A DNA stretch of 64,000 nucleotides from an uncultured Gemmatimonadales bacterium (GCA_963816355.1 CAWFKH010000006.1:128001-192000), one strand, 5' to 3'; counted from the first letter of the stretch, positions 11,301 through 24,584 are shown. Notes: generated by a model not told the origin, from the sequence alone. A program made the numbers and translations.

Positions 11301-11512
11301 CTTTGCGAGATCTTCAGCACGAAGCGCTCGCCCGCGCCCGTGGTGACGCGGAAATTCTGGTCGCGCTCGCTCGGCAGCGGCTCGAGCTCGCCCGCGACGT
11401 CGAAGCGCTCGAGCGCGACGCGGGCGGCCTCGTCCGCGGAGAAGCGCGGCGGCCGGTGGCGCTCCACGCAGCCGAGGGATGCGCCCTGGAAGGCGCGCCG
11501 GGACGGCGTCAT
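8324..11512 (-). CDS. Three-domain fusion: APH-like phosphotransferase + M23 peptidase-like + class III PLP aminotransferase/phospho-lyase
   Basis: [23 protein letters not shown] (kinase); HLGID, YGHL, HLHFQ (M23); [45 protein letters not shown] (class III); SD GGAGG before ATG 11512. Confidence 0.9.
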   Translation of the reverse strand: MTPSRRAFQGASLGCVERHRPPRFSADEAARVALERFDVAGELEPLPSERDQNFRVTTGAGERFVLKISQSGEDPALLACQEAMLDRIRGGGAYTFPRPRPLSGGEGGTIAHVVGADGARHAVRLLEWVPGRPLAAARPHSSALLREVGAMFGAIDRALDAFDHPGARRPLHWDPRRGLDVIAENLAAVGDAARRALVAHHAAIFRERATPHLGALREAVIHGDGNDHNVLVARAAAEDPLAPWRVAGLVDFGDVMRTWLAAEPAIAAAYAMLGKRDPLAAAAAVVGGYHAANALREAELAAVWPLALLRLCTSVVLSARQRAERPDNEYLSVSEAPAWALLERLAGVDASFAHYALRDACGLEPCPAAPAVVAWLRAHGGGAAPVLEPDPRTAPAVVFDLSVGSLELDAVLGRDDDAAAWAEAIFGRMRAEGATLGVGRWDEARRWYASDLFRVDGDEGPEWRTVHLGIDLFAEPGAPVFAPLDGTVHSYRDNVGRLDYGPTIVLRHEPEAGGVAFHTLYGHLDPASLDALAVGRAVRRGERIGSVGAPPRNGGWAPHLHFQIVVDTLGREGDFPGVARPSERRTWLSLSPDPNLLLRVPALTPEWDGEGAGSGTPQADGQRAVAHVGAGDVDAAGILDRRRRLLGPSLSVAYRRPLHIVRGWMQHLYDAEGRPYLDAVNNVAHVGHSHPRVVEALRRQAAVLNTNTRYLHETILHYAERLTATLPEPLRVCYFVCSGSEANELALRLARAHTGARDVVVIEGAYHGNTSALVDISPYKFHGPGGAGAPPHVRIAALPDPYRGRYRGAGEEVGRRYADDVRRALDALALDGRRPAAFFAEPLLGCGGQIVPPAGYLAEAFRHVRAAGGVCVADEVQVGFGRVGTHFWAFESQGAVPDIVTLGKPIGNGHPMGAVVTTPEIAASFDNGMEYFNTFGGNPVSCAVGLAVLDVIEAEGLQERARCVGGRLIDGLRSLMETHDAIGDVRGLGLYVGVELVRGRETREPAPRLTAYVAERLRDRGILVGIDGPEHDVLKVKPPLVFGEEDAERLVGEMGRVLGEVG

Positions 11513-11729
11513 GCCGCAAACCTCCATTCGGTGGGCGTGCAGATTAGCGACGCGCCGCGGACCGCCGCAAACGCGGCGCCGCCGGCGTGAGGGCGGCAAC
11601 ACCTTCGTCCTGCTGGCGGTTGCTCGCCTCGCGGCGTGACCGGTGCGACGCAACCGCAATGCGCCGGCACACGCGTCGCTGTACCTTCCCACTGGGTCCA
11701 GGCTTTTCCCCGCACGGAGGTGCGCGACC

Positions 11730-12113
11730 ATGCCCGATCGAGAGCCCACTCCGGTCGTCCGTCCTTCCGCCGACGTCGAAGCCGCCGTCGTCTCCGCCGG
11801 CAACGCCACGCGCATGCGCGTCCTCCTCGGTCCGGCCGAAGGCGCGCCGAATTTCGTGCTGCGGCGCTTCACGATGGAGGCCGGCGGCGGCATCCCGCTG
11901 CATACCAACGAGGTCGAGCACGAGCAGTTCGTGCTTCGCGGACGCGCGCGCATCCGCATCGGTGATGCGGTCCACGAGGTCGTCGCCGAGGACACCCTCT
12001 TCATCCCCGCCGGCGTTGCGCACTCCTACGAGGTCGTGGAAGGTCCGTTCGAGTTCCTCTGCGTCGTGCCGAACGCGCCGGACCGACTCGAGATCCTCGA
12101 CGGATCGTGCTGA
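11730..12113 (+). CDS. Cupin_2 domain protein
   Basis: SD GGAGG; PLHTNEVEHEQFVLRG and FIPAGVAHSY cupin motifs. Confidence 0.85.
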   Translation: MPDREPTPVVRPSADVEAAVVSAGNATRMRVLLGPAEGAPNFVLRRFTMEAGGGIPLHTNEVEHEQFVLRGRARIRIGDAVHEVVAEDTLFIPAGVAHSYEVVEGPFEFLCVVPNAPDRLEILDGSC

Positions 12114-12271
12114 GCGCCGACGCCCCGGGGCCTGCGCCCCTCTCCCCGCCTCCGCGTCCCCGCTCTCGCCACCGCCGCAGGCGGCCACGGACGGTGCGGC
12201 TCGCCGCGGCCACCGCGTCCTCGCACGGTCCTTGAAGCGTAAGTCGGCGGACCTCGACCGGGGAGACGACG

Positions 12272-13819
12272 ATGAAGCATTGTGGACGTACGAAACGACC
12301 CGCCGCGCGCGTCGGCGCAGGACCTGGCGCCCGCGTGGGCGCGCGGCGTGGCGCGGGCTTCGCGACGCGGCTCCGCGTCCGCACGGCCGCGCTCGCGATG
12401 GCGGGGGCGCTCGCCCTCGGCGCGGTGGCGGCGTGCGCGACGAACCCCGTGACCGGCAAGCCGCAGCTTGCGCTCATCTCGGAGAGCCAGGAGATCGAGA
12501 TGGGGCGCCAGGGCGCGCAGCAGGTCGAGCAGTCGGTCGGGCTGGTGCCCGACTCCTCCTTGCAGCGCTACGTGAACGGCGTCGGCGTGCGCATCGCCCG
12601 CACGACGGAGCGGCCGAATCTGCCGTGGGAGTTCCACGTCGTCGACGACCCGACGCCGAACGCGTTCGCGCTGCCGGGCGGCTTCGTCTTCGTCACGCGC
12701 GGCCTCATGGACCTGATGGACTCGGAGTCCGAGCTGTCGACGATCCTCGGCCACGAGATCGGCCACGTCACCGCACGTCACTCCGTGAGCCAGCTCAGCA
12801 AGGCGGAGCTGGCGCAGATCGGCGTGGGCCTCGGCAGCGTCATCTTCCCCCAGGCGCAGCAGCTCGGCGGCCTCGCGAGCACCGGCCTGCAGCTGCTCTT
12901 CCTGAAGTACAGCCGCGACGACGAGCGCCAGGCCGACGACCTCGGCTTCCGCTACTCGCAGCAGGCCGGCTACGACCCGCGCGAGATGGCGGACGTCTTC
13001 GTGGCGTTGCAGCGGATCGGCGAGCAGGAGGGGCAGAGCCCGCTGCCGTCCTGGCTCTCGACCCACCCGGCGACGCAGGAGCGGATCCAGGTCGTGCAGC
13101 AGCGCATCGCGCAGCTCGGCTCCGTCCCCGACTCCGCGCGCGTCGGCCGCGCGGACTACCTCGCCCACATTGAAGGGCTCATCTACGGCCAGAACCCGCG
13201 CAACGGCTACTTCGACGGCACCACATTCCTGCACCCGGACCTGCGCTTCACCTTCGTCTTCCCGCAGGGCTGGGCCACGCAGAACCTGCCGCAGGCCGTG
13301 GTCGGAACGAGCCCGCAGCAGGACGCGGCGGTCCAGGTTACGCTGAGCGGAGAGGCGTCGTCGTCGGCGGCCGCGAACGCGTTCGTCTCGCAGCAGGGCG
13401 TGAGCGCGTCCGCGCCGTCGCGACAGCGCATCAACGGCCTGCCCGCCACGGCCACTGAGTTCAACGCGACGACGAGCCAGGGCGCCGCCATCCACGGCCT
13501 CGCCGTGTTCGTCGACTACGACGGCCGCACCTACCAGATCCTCGGCTACGCCACGACCGGCGCCTTCTCCGGATACGCGACGACGCTGAGCCGGACGCTC
13601 GGCAGCTTCCGCCCGCTCACGGACCCCGCCGCGCTCGCCGTGAAGCCGAACCGAATCGAGATCGTGCGTGCCGACCGCACCGAGACGCTCGCCGCCTTCA
13701 ACACGCGCTACCCCTCCGTCGTGCCGATCGAGGAGCTCGCGATCATCAATCAGGTGGACAACGGCTCGTCGACGATCCCCGCCGGCACGAGGGTGAAGCG
13801 CGTCGTCCGGGGTTCGTAG
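12272..13819 (+). CDS. M48 family zinc metalloprotease, lipoprotein (BepA/YfgC-like) with C-terminal extension
   Basis: AACATNPVTG lipobox; PNAFALPGG, GHEIGH, YSRDDERQAD, STHP; start may be downstream (12398). Confidence 0.88.
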   Translation: MKHCGRTKRPAARVGAGPGARVGARRGAGFATRLRVRTAALAMAGALALGAVAACATNPVTGKPQLALISESQEIEMGRQGAQQVEQSVGLVPDSSLQRYVNGVGVRIARTTERPNLPWEFHVVDDPTPNAFALPGGFVFVTRGLMDLMDSESELSTILGHEIGHVTARHSVSQLSKAELAQIGVGLGSVIFPQAQQLGGLASTGLQLLFLKYSRDDERQADDLGFRYSQQAGYDPREMADVFVALQRIGEQEGQSPLPSWLSTHPATQERIQVVQQRIAQLGSVPDSARVGRADYLAHIEGLIYGQNPRNGYFDGTTFLHPDLRFTFVFPQGWATQNLPQAVVGTSPQQDAAVQVTLSGEASSSAAANAFVSQQGVSASAPSRQRINGLPATATEFNATTSQGAAIHGLAVFVDYDGRTYQILGYATTGAFSGYATTLSRTLGSFRPLTDPAALAVKPNRIEIVRADRTETLAAFNTRYPSVVPIEELAIINQVDNGSSTIPAGTRVKRVVRGS

Positions 13820-13850
13820 GGACGGCACGTCGCGGATCCGGCCGCGCCTC

Positions 13851-14285
13851 TCACTCCGCCGAGGGTGACAGCCTCCGCTCCGCGGGCGGCGTGCGGAGCA
13901 GGTCTTCGACAGTGGTGCCGCGGAAGAACACGGCGATGCGTTCGCCGACCTCCTTCCACCGCACGTGCGCCGGGCACGGCGTGGCGTCGCTGCACTGCGG
14001 CCGGCCGAGCAGGCACTTGCGGCCGGGACCGATCTCGTCGAACACCTCGACAATGCGCAGCAGCGGCAGCGCCGCCGGATCGACCGCGAGCCAGAAACCG
14101 CCGTGCGGACCGCGCTGCGAATGGAGGATCCCGCGCTTGACGAGCTGGTTGAGCGTCTTCGACAAATAGTTGCGCGGAACCGTCAGCGCGCGCGCCGCGG
14201 CGTCTACGGATACGGGCTGCCGATCCGCGTTGTCGGCGATGTAGAGCACCGCCCGCAGCGCGTACTCCGCTGTGTCCGATAACAT
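13851..14285 (-). CDS. Rrf2 family transcriptional regulator
   Basis: MLSDTAEYALRA..YLSKTL..SQRGPHGGF; C-x6-C-x5-C-x2-H cluster ligands. Confidence 0.9.
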   Translation of the reverse strand: MLSDTAEYALRAVLYIADNADRQPVSVDAAARALTVPRNYLSKTLNQLVKRGILHSQRGPHGGFWLAVDPAALPLLRIVEVFDEIGPGRKCLLGRPQCSDATPCPAHVRWKEVGERIAVFFRGTTVEDLLRTPPAERRLSPSAE

Positions 14286-14424
14286 GACTTCGTCTCCTGC
14301 GGCGGTGCGACTGCACCCGTATGGAACGAAGCTATGTCCGGTCGTAGGCCACAGTCTGTCAGGAGAACGCCGCGCTTTCTGTGGTGAATATCGGCACGCC
14401 GCGGTCGGCTGTCTGCCGACTCCG

Positions 14425-15438
14425 CTACGCGACGGCGATGAAGTCCACCCCATCGCGCAGTCCCGCCTCCCGCAGCACCCCGCGGATCGCCGCGCGCGCG
14501 CCGCGCTGTGCCACGGCGGCCACGACCAGGGAGCGGCGGTGGTCGGCGACGTCGCCCGGAGCGATCACGGGCGCGTCGTAAATGCGCTGCCCGATCTTGC
14601 GCGGGTCGAGGTCGACGAAGGCGCGGACCGCCACGCCTCCGCGCCGCAGCGCCCGCGCGAACGCCTTGCCAGTCGGGCCCGCCCCCCACACGACCGTGCC
14701 GTCGCGGCCGCGCAGCAGCGTTCGGCGCAGGTAGTGCACCTTGCACGCGCGGAACGCGTCGGGCGCGTAGCGCGGGTCCGTGCGCGAGAGCCGGTCGGGC
14801 CGCTCCCGCCAGCGCAGCAGCGTTTCGGTCGCGCTGCCGAAGCGGCCGCCGCGCTCCCACAGCCGCAGCAGCAGGTCGTAGTCCTCGGCCCAGCCGGCGT
14901 CGCGGTAGCCGCCCGCCGCCGCGACGGCGTCGGCGCGCAGGAAGAAGGTGGGGTGCGCGATCGGACACTCGACGAAGACGTCGCGCGCGATCGCCTCCGG
15001 CGTCGTCAGCGAGTTGAGCCAGCGCTCGTAGCGGCGCGCACCGTCGCGCACCGCGGCGCGAGGGAAGTAGCGCACCGGGCAGCCGCACCCGGCCAGCGAC
15101 GCGTCCGCCTCCAGGCGGGCGAGCTGGCGCTCGAAGCGGTCGTCCGCCGCCACGTCGTCGGCGTCCATGCGGGCGAGAAAGGCGCCGTGCGCAGCCGCGC
15201 GGGCGACCTCGAGGGCCGCGACGATCCCCGCGCCGCGGCCGCGGATGACCCGCACCCGGCCGTCCCGCGCCGCCCACGCCTCGAGGAGCGCGCCGGTGCC
15301 GTCGCGCGAGCCGTCGTCGACGGCGATCACCTCGAACGCGTCACAGCTCTGGCGCCGCAGCGACTCGATCGCGGCCGGCAGGTGCGGGGCGGCGTCGCGC
15401 GCCGGCAGCAGGACGGAGATGGGGGGGCGGGCGCTCAC
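14425..15438 (-). CDS. Glycosyltransferase family 2
   Basis: ISVLLPARD, VDDGSRD, ARMDADD, EDYDLLLR; GTG start inferred. Confidence 0.88.
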   Translation of the reverse strand: MSARPPISVLLPARDAAPHLPAAIESLRRQSCDAFEVIAVDDGSRDGTGALLEAWAARDGRVRVIRGRGAGIVAALEVARAAAHGAFLARMDADDVAADDRFERQLARLEADASLAGCGCPVRYFPRAAVRDGARRYERWLNSLTTPEAIARDVFVECPIAHPTFFLRADAVAAAGGYRDAGWAEDYDLLLRLWERGGRFGSATETLLRWRERPDRLSRTDPRYAPDAFRACKVHYLRRTLLRGRDGTVVWGAGPTGKAFARALRRGGVAVRAFVDLDPRKIGQRIYDAPVIAPGDVADHRRSLVVAAVAQRGARAAIRGVLREAGLRDGVDFIAVA

Positions 15439-15599
15439 GCGGGGAACGTCGCCGGCACGCCCTCCACGCGCCAGCGGGAGCCGTGGAGGCGCCAACCGCG
15501 GTCGGCTTGATCCTTGCCCGCTCCTCCGCCGCGCGCGCCGGCGCCGCGCCCGGTCCCGGGCCCGGTCCCGGCTCTTCGACCCGTGGCCACCGAGGACAC

Positions 15600-16541
15600 G
15601 TGGGATCCGACTCCTCCGGCGAAAGCAAGGTCGTGGTCGTCGCCGCGCTGGCGGCCAACTTCGTCATCGCGGTCGCGAAGTTCGCCGCCGCGGTGGCGAG
15701 CGGCAGCTCCGCCCTCTTCTCGGAGGGGGTCCACTCGGTGGCCGACACCGGCAACGAGGCGCTGCTCCTCCTCGGCCTGCACCGCAGCCGCAAGCCGCCC
15801 GACGAGGGCCACCCGTTCGGGCACGGCCCCGAGCTCTACTTCTGGAGCCTGATCGTCGCCATCGTGCTCTTCTCCGTCGGCGGCGGACTGTCGATCTACG
15901 AGGGTGTGCACGCGCTGCTCTCCGGCGGCGAGCCGGGCGATCCGACGTGGAACTACGTCGTGCTCGCGGTCGCGTTCGTGTCGGAGGGGATCTCCTGGGC
16001 CGTGGCGCTCGCGCACTTCCGCGAGCGCTACGCCGGCCGGCCGTTCCTGCAGGCGTTCCACCACAGCAAGGACCCCTCGCTCTTCATGCCCCTCGCGGAG
16101 GACACCGCCGCGCTCGCCGGGCTCCTCGTCGCCTTCGCCGGCGTCTTCCTCTCACACCGGCTCCACCAGCCGGCATACGACGGCGCCGCCTCGATCCTCA
16201 TCGGCCTCATCCTCTGTGCCGTCGCGCTCTTCCTCGTCTACGAGACGAAGGCGCTCCTCGTCGGCGAAGCGACCGACGACCGACTGGAGGAGGCGGTGCG
16301 CGAGGCGGCGCTCGCCGACCCCGACGTCGACGCCGTCAACCGCCTCCTCACCATGCACCTCTCGCCGAATGAGATCCTGCTCAACCTCGGCGTCCGCTTC
16401 CACGACGCCGGCTCCGCCACGGACGTGGCGCGCGCGATGAACCGGATCGAGCGCCGGATCCGCGACCGCGACACGCGGATCAGCCGCATCTTCATCGAGC
16501 CGGAGGCGCCGGATGAGGGCGGCCGGAGCCCACCCATCTGA
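15600..16541 (+). CDS. Cation diffusion facilitator (CDF) transporter
   Basis: SEGVHSVAD, HPFGHG, EDTAA, multiple TM helices; RBS GAGGA before GTG 15600. Confidence 0.9.
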   Translation: MGSDSSGESKVVVVAALAANFVIAVAKFAAAVASGSSALFSEGVHSVADTGNEALLLLGLHRSRKPPDEGHPFGHGPELYFWSLIVAIVLFSVGGGLSIYEGVHALLSGGEPGDPTWNYVVLAVAFVSEGISWAVALAHFRERYAGRPFLQAFHHSKDPSLFMPLAEDTAALAGLLVAFAGVFLSHRLHQPAYDGAASILIGLILCAVALFLVYETKALLVGEATDDRLEEAVREAALADPDVDAVNRLLTMHLSPNEILLNLGVRFHDAGSATDVARAMNRIERRIRDRDTRISRIFIEPEAPDEGGRSPPI

Positions 16542-16681
16542 GGCGCCGGCGCTGCGGTCCGCACGGCGCCCGCGGCACGCCGTGTGCACTACAGAGAAGG
16601 GAACCGACGGCGGTGCGGCCGGGGTGCCCCCCGTCACGGGTCGCCCCGGGCATTGCCGCCTTCACTCAAGGGAGGCGACAG

Positions 16682-16834
16682 ATGCTCTGGACGATCGCAA
16701 TCATCCTGCTGATCCTGTGGCTGCTCGGCCTCGTGTCCGGCTACACGATCGGCGGCTTCATCTACGTGCTGCTCATCGCGGCGATCATCCTGGTCCTGAT
16801 CCGCGTGATCTCGGGCCGGAGACCGGTCGTCTGA
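16682..16834 (+). CDS. Small membrane protein, lmo0937/DUF5670 family
   Basis: SD GGGAGG; MLWTIAIILLILWLLGLVSGYTIGGFIYVLLI.. matches the family pattern. Confidence 0.88.
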   Translation: MLWTIAIILLILWLLGLVSGYTIGGFIYVLLIAAIILVLIRVISGRRPVV

Positions 16835-16884
16835 GCCCACCGCGGCTCACGAACGCCTGACGCGGGGCGCGTCGCGTGAGCGGC

Positions 16885-16956
16885 GCGCCTCGCTCCTCGC
16901 GTTCCGCGGCGCCTCGCTCCTCGCGTTCCGCGGCGTGCCGCTCCTCGCGTTCCGGG
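16885..16956. repeat. 24-bp tandem repeat x3 (GCGCCTCGCTCCTCGCGTTCCGCG)
   Basis: Directly visible. Confidence 0.85.
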
Positions 16957-17004
16957 GGAGCTGCGGCGCTTGCGGTAGCCGGGGCTGCGTCCGAAACTGC
17001 CGCG

Positions 17005-18660
17005 ATGAGTTCCGAACGGCACCGAGCCGGCGCGTCCTGGCGTCTGACGCTCGGCGTGATCGCCGCGGGCGCCGCGCTCCGGCTGCTGCTCGGGGCGCTG
17101 TTGCCGCTCTTCCCGGACGAGGCGTACTACTGGGAGTGGTCGCGGCGCCTGGCTGCCGGCTACTTCGACCATCCGCCCGCGATCGCCGCGCTGGTACGGG
17201 CCGGCACGGCGCTCCTCGGAGCGAATCCGCTCAGCGTGCGGCTGGCGTCGATCCTCGCCGGCGCCGCCACCGCGATCGTGCTCGCCGCGGCCGCGCGCCG
17301 TGCAGCCGGCGCTGAGCCGGCCGGCCACCGCGCCGCACTCGTCGTCGCCCTCCTCTTCACCACGATGCCGCTCGCCGGCGCCGGCCTCGTCCTGGCGACG
17401 CCGGACGCGCCGCTCCTGTTCGCGCTCTCGCTCGCCGTGTACGCGGTCGTGCGCGCGCTCGAGCCGACGCCGCGCACCGGGGCCCGCGGCGCGTGGTGGC
17501 TCACCGGCGGCGTCGCGCTCGGCGCGGCGCTGCTCTCGAAGTACACCGCCGTGCTGATCCCCTTCGGCCTGCTGGTCGCGATGCTCGCGGACGCCCGCCT
17601 GCGCCGGCGGCTGCGCTCGCCGTGGCCGTTCGCGGGGGGCGCGCTCGCGCTCGCGCTCTTCGGGCCGGTGGTCGCGTGGAACGCGTCGCACGACTGGGCT
17701 TCCTTCGCCTTCCAGCTCCGGCACGGCCTGGGCCCCGCTCGCGGCTCGCCGGCCGGCCGCGAGATCGAGCTGATCGGCGGCCAGGCGGGCCTGGTCTCGC
17801 CGATCCTGTTCGTGCTGCTCGCGACGGCGGTCGGCCGCGCCGCCGGCCGGCCGCGCGCCGGTCGCGAGGGAGCGGCGGACGAAGCGTCCGCCACGATCCG
17901 CGCCCTCGCCCTGACCGCGGCCGTGACGTTCGGCGTCTTCGTCGTGAGCGCCTTGCGGCGGCCGGTCGAGGCGAACTGGCCCGCACCGGCCTACGTGCCG
18001 GCGGCGGTCGTGCTCGCGGTGATGGCGGTCCGCGTGCCGATCCCGTCGCGTCCCGGGCGCTGGCTGCGTGCGGGCTTCTGGCTCGGGGGCGTCCTCGTCG
18101 CGCTCGTCTACGCGCAGGCGCTCGGCGGTTTCCTGCCGATCCGCGCGCGACGCGATCCGGTGTCGCGCGCACTCGGCTGGCGGGAAATGGCGGCACAAGT
18201 GGACGGCGCCGTGGCCGTGCTCGAAGGCGGGCGGGGGGGAATCGGCCGTCGCGTGTGGATCGGGACGCAGCGCTATCAGGAGGCGGCGGAGCTCGCCTTC
18301 GAGTTGCCGGGGCACCCGCGCGTCTTCGTCGTCAGTGTGGACCGGCGCCCCAGCCAGTACGACGTGTGGCCCGGTTTCGAGCGCATCGCGAAGCCGGGCG
18401 ACGACCTCGCGCTGGTGCTCTATCCGGGGCCCCACCCGGACGGCGGCGCGTTGCCGCCGACCGTCGCCGCGCTGGCGCCCCGCTTCGCCGCGTTGACCGT
18501 CGGTCCGGACGTGGAGCGGCGCGCGCGCGGTGAACTGCTCGACGTACGTCGCATCTACCTGCTCCGCGGCTGGCGGGGCGACGTCGCGCGGCCCGAGATC
18601 GGCGGCAGATCGCGACCCGCTACAGCAGCTTCCCGCGCAACAGCAGGGTCGCCACGGTGA
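17005..18660 (+). CDS. ArnT/PMT-like GT-C membrane glycosyltransferase (GT39/GT83)
   Basis: PDEAYYWEWS, YFDHPP, TPDAPL, LSKYT, many TM segments. Confidence 0.88.
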   Translation: MSSERHRAGASWRLTLGVIAAGAALRLLLGALLPLFPDEAYYWEWSRRLAAGYFDHPPAIAALVRAGTALLGANPLSVRLASILAGAATAIVLAAAARRAAGAEPAGHRAALVVALLFTTMPLAGAGLVLATPDAPLLFALSLAVYAVVRALEPTPRTGARGAWWLTGGVALGAALLSKYTAVLIPFGLLVAMLADARLRRRLRSPWPFAGGALALALFGPVVAWNASHDWASFAFQLRHGLGPARGSPAGREIELIGGQAGLVSPILFVLLATAVGRAAGRPRAGREGAADEASATIRALALTAAVTFGVFVVSALRRPVEANWPAPAYVPAAVVLAVMAVRVPIPSRPGRWLRAGFWLGGVLVALVYAQALGGFLPIRARRDPVSRALGWREMAAQVDGAVAVLEGGRGGIGRRVWIGTQRYQEAAELAFELPGHPRVFVVSVDRRPSQYDVWPGFERIAKPGDDLALVLYPGPHPDGGALPPTVAALAPRFAALTVGPDVERRARGELLDVRRIYLLRGWRGDVARPEIGGRSRPATAASRATAGSPR

Positions 18661-20011
18661 AGTAGATGACGAGGCCGGTCACGTCGACGAGGGTGGCGAC
18701 GAACGGCGCCGACGCGCTGGCGGGGTCGAAGCCGAGGCGTCGCATCAGGAAGGGCAGCATCGAGCCGGCGAGCGATCCGAAGGTCACGACGCCCAGCAGG
18801 CCGAACGCGACGGTGAGCGCGACGAGCAGGTAGTGGGGACCGTAGTCGTACCAGCCGAGCGCCTGCCACGCGATGACGCGCACGATGCCGATCGTGCCGA
18901 GGATCGTGCCGAGCATCGCACCCGAAGGCAGCTCGCGCAGCGCGACGCGCCACCAGTCGCGCAGCTCGACCTCGCGCAGCGCCATGGCACGGATGATGAG
19001 CGACGTCGCCTGCGAACCCGAGTTGCCGCCTGAGCTGATGATCAGCGGGATGAAGAGCGCCAGCACGACGGCGCGGCTGATCTCGCCTTCGAAGTGGCCC
19101 ATCGCCGTCGCCGTCAGCATCTCGCCGAGGAAGAGCGCGCTCAGCCAGCCGGCGCGCTTCCGGATCATCGCGCCGACACCGATCGTCATGTAGGGTTCCT
19201 CGAGCGCGCCGACGCCGCCGAATCGCTGCACGTCCTCCGTCAGCTCCTTCACCAGCGCGTCCAGCACGTCGTCCACCGTGACGATGCCCAGAATGTGGCC
19301 GCGCGGGTCGACCACCGGCACGGCGAGCAGGTTGTACTTCGAGATGAGGCGCGCGACGTCCTCGCGGTCCGCGAGCGGCGGCACGCTCAGCGGCCGGCGC
19401 CGGTCGGCCACGCTGCCCACCAGCGTTTCCGGCGCTACGCCGACCAGGTCGCGCAGTCCCACCACGCTGACGAGCCGCTCGTCGCGGGCGTCGACGATGT
19501 AGATCGTGTACACCGTCTCCTTGGCGTGCCCCACGTCGCGCAGGTGGCCGAGCACCTCGCCGACCGTGCGGTTGGCCGGCACCGCCACGTACTCCGTCGT
19601 CATCAGGCCGCCCGCGCTCGTCGGCGGGTAGCTGAGCAGCATGCTGACGTCCTCGCGCGTCTCGCGCCCGAGCGCGCGGAGGATGCGGGACCGGTCCGGC
19701 TCCTCCATCTCGCCGATCAGGTCCGCCTGCTGGTCCGCCGCCATCGCTTCCGCCAGCGCGACCGCCACCTCGAGATCCAGGTGCCGGAAGAGCTCCGCCG
19801 GATCGACCAGCTCCGGCTGGTCCATGACCTGCACCGCCGTGTCGAACGGGAGCCCCGCGACCACCCGCGCCGCCGCGTCCGGCGCGAGGTCGTTCAGCGC
19901 TTCCGCGATGTCCGCGCTCCGCATTGACGCCACCGTCTCCGCCAGGTCGGCCGCGTCGCCGCTCAGCAGGTACAGCAGCTCCGGAGTCGGCGTGAAATCG
20001 CTCATAGGCAT
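18620..20011 (-). CDS. mgtE: Magnesium transporter MgtE
   Basis: N domain + CBS pair (AGGLMT, GIVTVDD) + TM domain (ISSGGNSGSQ, DPASASAPFVATLVD). Confidence 0.95.
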   Translation of the reverse strand: MPMSDFTPTPELLYLLSGDAADLAETVASMRSADIAEALNDLAPDAAARVVAGLPFDTAVQVMDQPELVDPAELFRHLDLEVAVALAEAMAADQQADLIGEMEEPDRSRILRALGRETREDVSMLLSYPPTSAGGLMTTEYVAVPANRTVGEVLGHLRDVGHAKETVYTIYIVDARDERLVSVVGLRDLVGVAPETLVGSVADRRRPLSVPPLADREDVARLISKYNLLAVPVVDPRGHILGIVTVDDVLDALVKELTEDVQRFGGVGALEEPYMTIGVGAMIRKRAGWLSALFLGEMLTATAMGHFEGEISRAVVLALFIPLIISSGGNSGSQATSLIIRAMALREVELRDWWRVALRELPSGAMLGTILGTIGIVRVIAWQALGWYDYGPHYLLVALTVAFGLLGVVTFGSLAGSMLPFLMRRLGFDPASASAPFVATLVDVTGLVIYFTVATLLLRGKLL

Positions 20012-20137
20012 CCTGCCCTTCCTCGCTTCGTCATCCCGGCGGCCCGCGCCGGCGAGGCGCCGGCGAGCCGACCTGCGCGGCGGCTCTGCGGGCGCGCGGC
20101 GAAGGGTCCCGGCGCTGCCTCCTGCCTGCCCGCCCGC

Positions 20138-21502
20138 TCAGCGGCGCGCCTGGCTCTCGCGCGAGCGCACCAGCGCGTAGCGGAAGATCGGCGGCCCGAT
20201 GAACTGGTTCACCGCGATGATCGCGATGATGATCGCGGCGACGCTGCCGCCCAGCTCCGGAAAGCGGTCCCGGATCAGGTTGGCGATGCCGAGCGTGACG
20301 CCGGCCATGGCGACGAAGCCGCTCCACGCGTGCCGCCGGACGATGGCGCCGTCGCCCGCGAGACGCGCGCCGATCCACGTGCTGCCGGCGACGGAGACGA
20401 GGCGCGCCACGATGATCACGAGCGCGATCGGCCACACCTCGCGCAGCGCCGGGATGTCCAGGCCGGCGCCCGCGACGGCGAAGAAGAGCGCGTAGATCGG
20501 CAGCGAGTTCGCTTCGAGCGCGCGCACCAGCTCGTCGCCCTGGCCGGAGAAGTTCTGCACCATGAAGCCGGCCGCCATCGAGATGAGGATGTACTCCAGC
20601 CCGAAGCGCTCGGCGAGCTCCACGGAGAGGAACGCCGCGGCGAGCACGACGAGCACCTGCCGTGTGTCCACGTGGTGGAGCGTGCGCGCGATCGCCAGGC
20701 CGAACGCGGCGCCCACGGCGAGCGAGGCGGCGATCTCGAAGATCACCTGCTCGACCGCGGCGAACGCGAACGGCTTGGTGGGGTCCATGATCGCCGCGGC
20801 GAGCGGGATCAGCAGCGCCATCAGGATCAGGATCAGGACGTCCTTCACGACGGTCAGCCCGAGCACCGTGCGCGTCAGCACGCCGTCCGCCTTCTCCTCC
20901 GTGATCACCGCGATCGTCGTCGCGGGCGAGTTCGCCACCGCCACCAGCCCGAAGAGCAGCGCGACCGCCTCGGCGGCGCGCGCCGGGCGGCCGCTCAGGA
21001 AGCCGATCAGGTCGCGCGCGAAGTAGACGAGCACGGAAACCGTCGTGAAGACGAGCACGACCTGGACGGCGGTGATCGTGCCGATGCTGCGCAGCCGCTC
21101 GCGGATCGACGGGATCCGCAGCTCGCCGCCGGCGGAGAGCGCGATCAGGCTCAGCGCGATCTCGTCGACGAGGCGGAACCGCTCGACCGTATCGTGCGTG
21201 AGGATGCTGAGCGCGTACGGCCCCACGAGCAACCCGAGAAGTAGGTAGCCCGTGATCTGCGGCAGGCCGCCGTGCCGCGCGACCTGCCCCGCGAGGTACG
21301 CCGCCACCAGCAGGAAGCCGAGCCGCATCGTCGCCGACGCCGGCCCCTCCACCCCCGGGAACGGCAGCGTCAGGGCGTAGACGATGCCGACGATGCCGAT
21401 CAGCGACAGCAGGCGCGCGAGCGCCGGCGCGCCGCGCGTCCGCCACGCGGGCGGCCCGGCCGGCGCCCTCACGCGCGCTCCCGCCTCGATCGACTCTTCC
21501 AT
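20138..21502 (-). CDS. Cation:proton antiporter (CPA2/Na_H_Exchanger family)
   Basis: LPQITGYLLLG, ANSPA, VVKD, ~12 TM helices; SD GGAGGAGG. Confidence 0.85.
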   Translation of the reverse strand: MEESIEAGARVRAPAGPPAWRTRGAPALARLLSLIGIVGIVYALTLPFPGVEGPASATMRLGFLLVAAYLAGQVARHGGLPQITGYLLLGLLVGPYALSILTHDTVERFRLVDEIALSLIALSAGGELRIPSIRERLRSIGTITAVQVVLVFTTVSVLVYFARDLIGFLSGRPARAAEAVALLFGLVAVANSPATTIAVITEEKADGVLTRTVLGLTVVKDVLILILMALLIPLAAAIMDPTKPFAFAAVEQVIFEIAASLAVGAAFGLAIARTLHHVDTRQVLVVLAAAFLSVELAERFGLEYILISMAAGFMVQNFSGQGDELVRALEANSLPIYALFFAVAGAGLDIPALREVWPIALVIIVARLVSVAGSTWIGARLAGDGAIVRRHAWSGFVAMAGVTLGIANLIRDRFPELGGSVAAIIIAIIAVNQFIGPPIFRYALVRSRESQARR

Positions 21503-21606
21503 CGTCCTCCTCCGACGCGTGCGCGACGACCGCGAACCCCGCAAGATAGGAGTGGCATGGAACTGGAAACACCCGCGCGTGACGCTCCCCGCGCGACGGA
21601 GGCAGC

Positions 21607-24446
<2,840 letters not shown>

Positions 24447-24584
24447 AGCTTCGCGCGCGCCAGCCGACATCCATGCCATCCGGGTGCACGCCCGCGGCGG
24501 TTCCGGCTATCTTTCGGCGCGCGGCGGCCATGGACGGCCGGGCGTGCGCGCGCCAGCGTCGGATGGCGCCGGCCACGGCGCCTC

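Noticed and set aside
4676..11590. Long antisense ORFs (4676-8020, 7944-10784, 8420-11590 and similar elsewhere)
   Set aside because: Shadow or alternative frames of real high-GC genes; Arg/Ala/Pro-rich with no motifs
20012..20137. M-box riboswitch upstream of mgtE
   Set aside because: Spacer is short, GC-rich and lacks M-box consensus words
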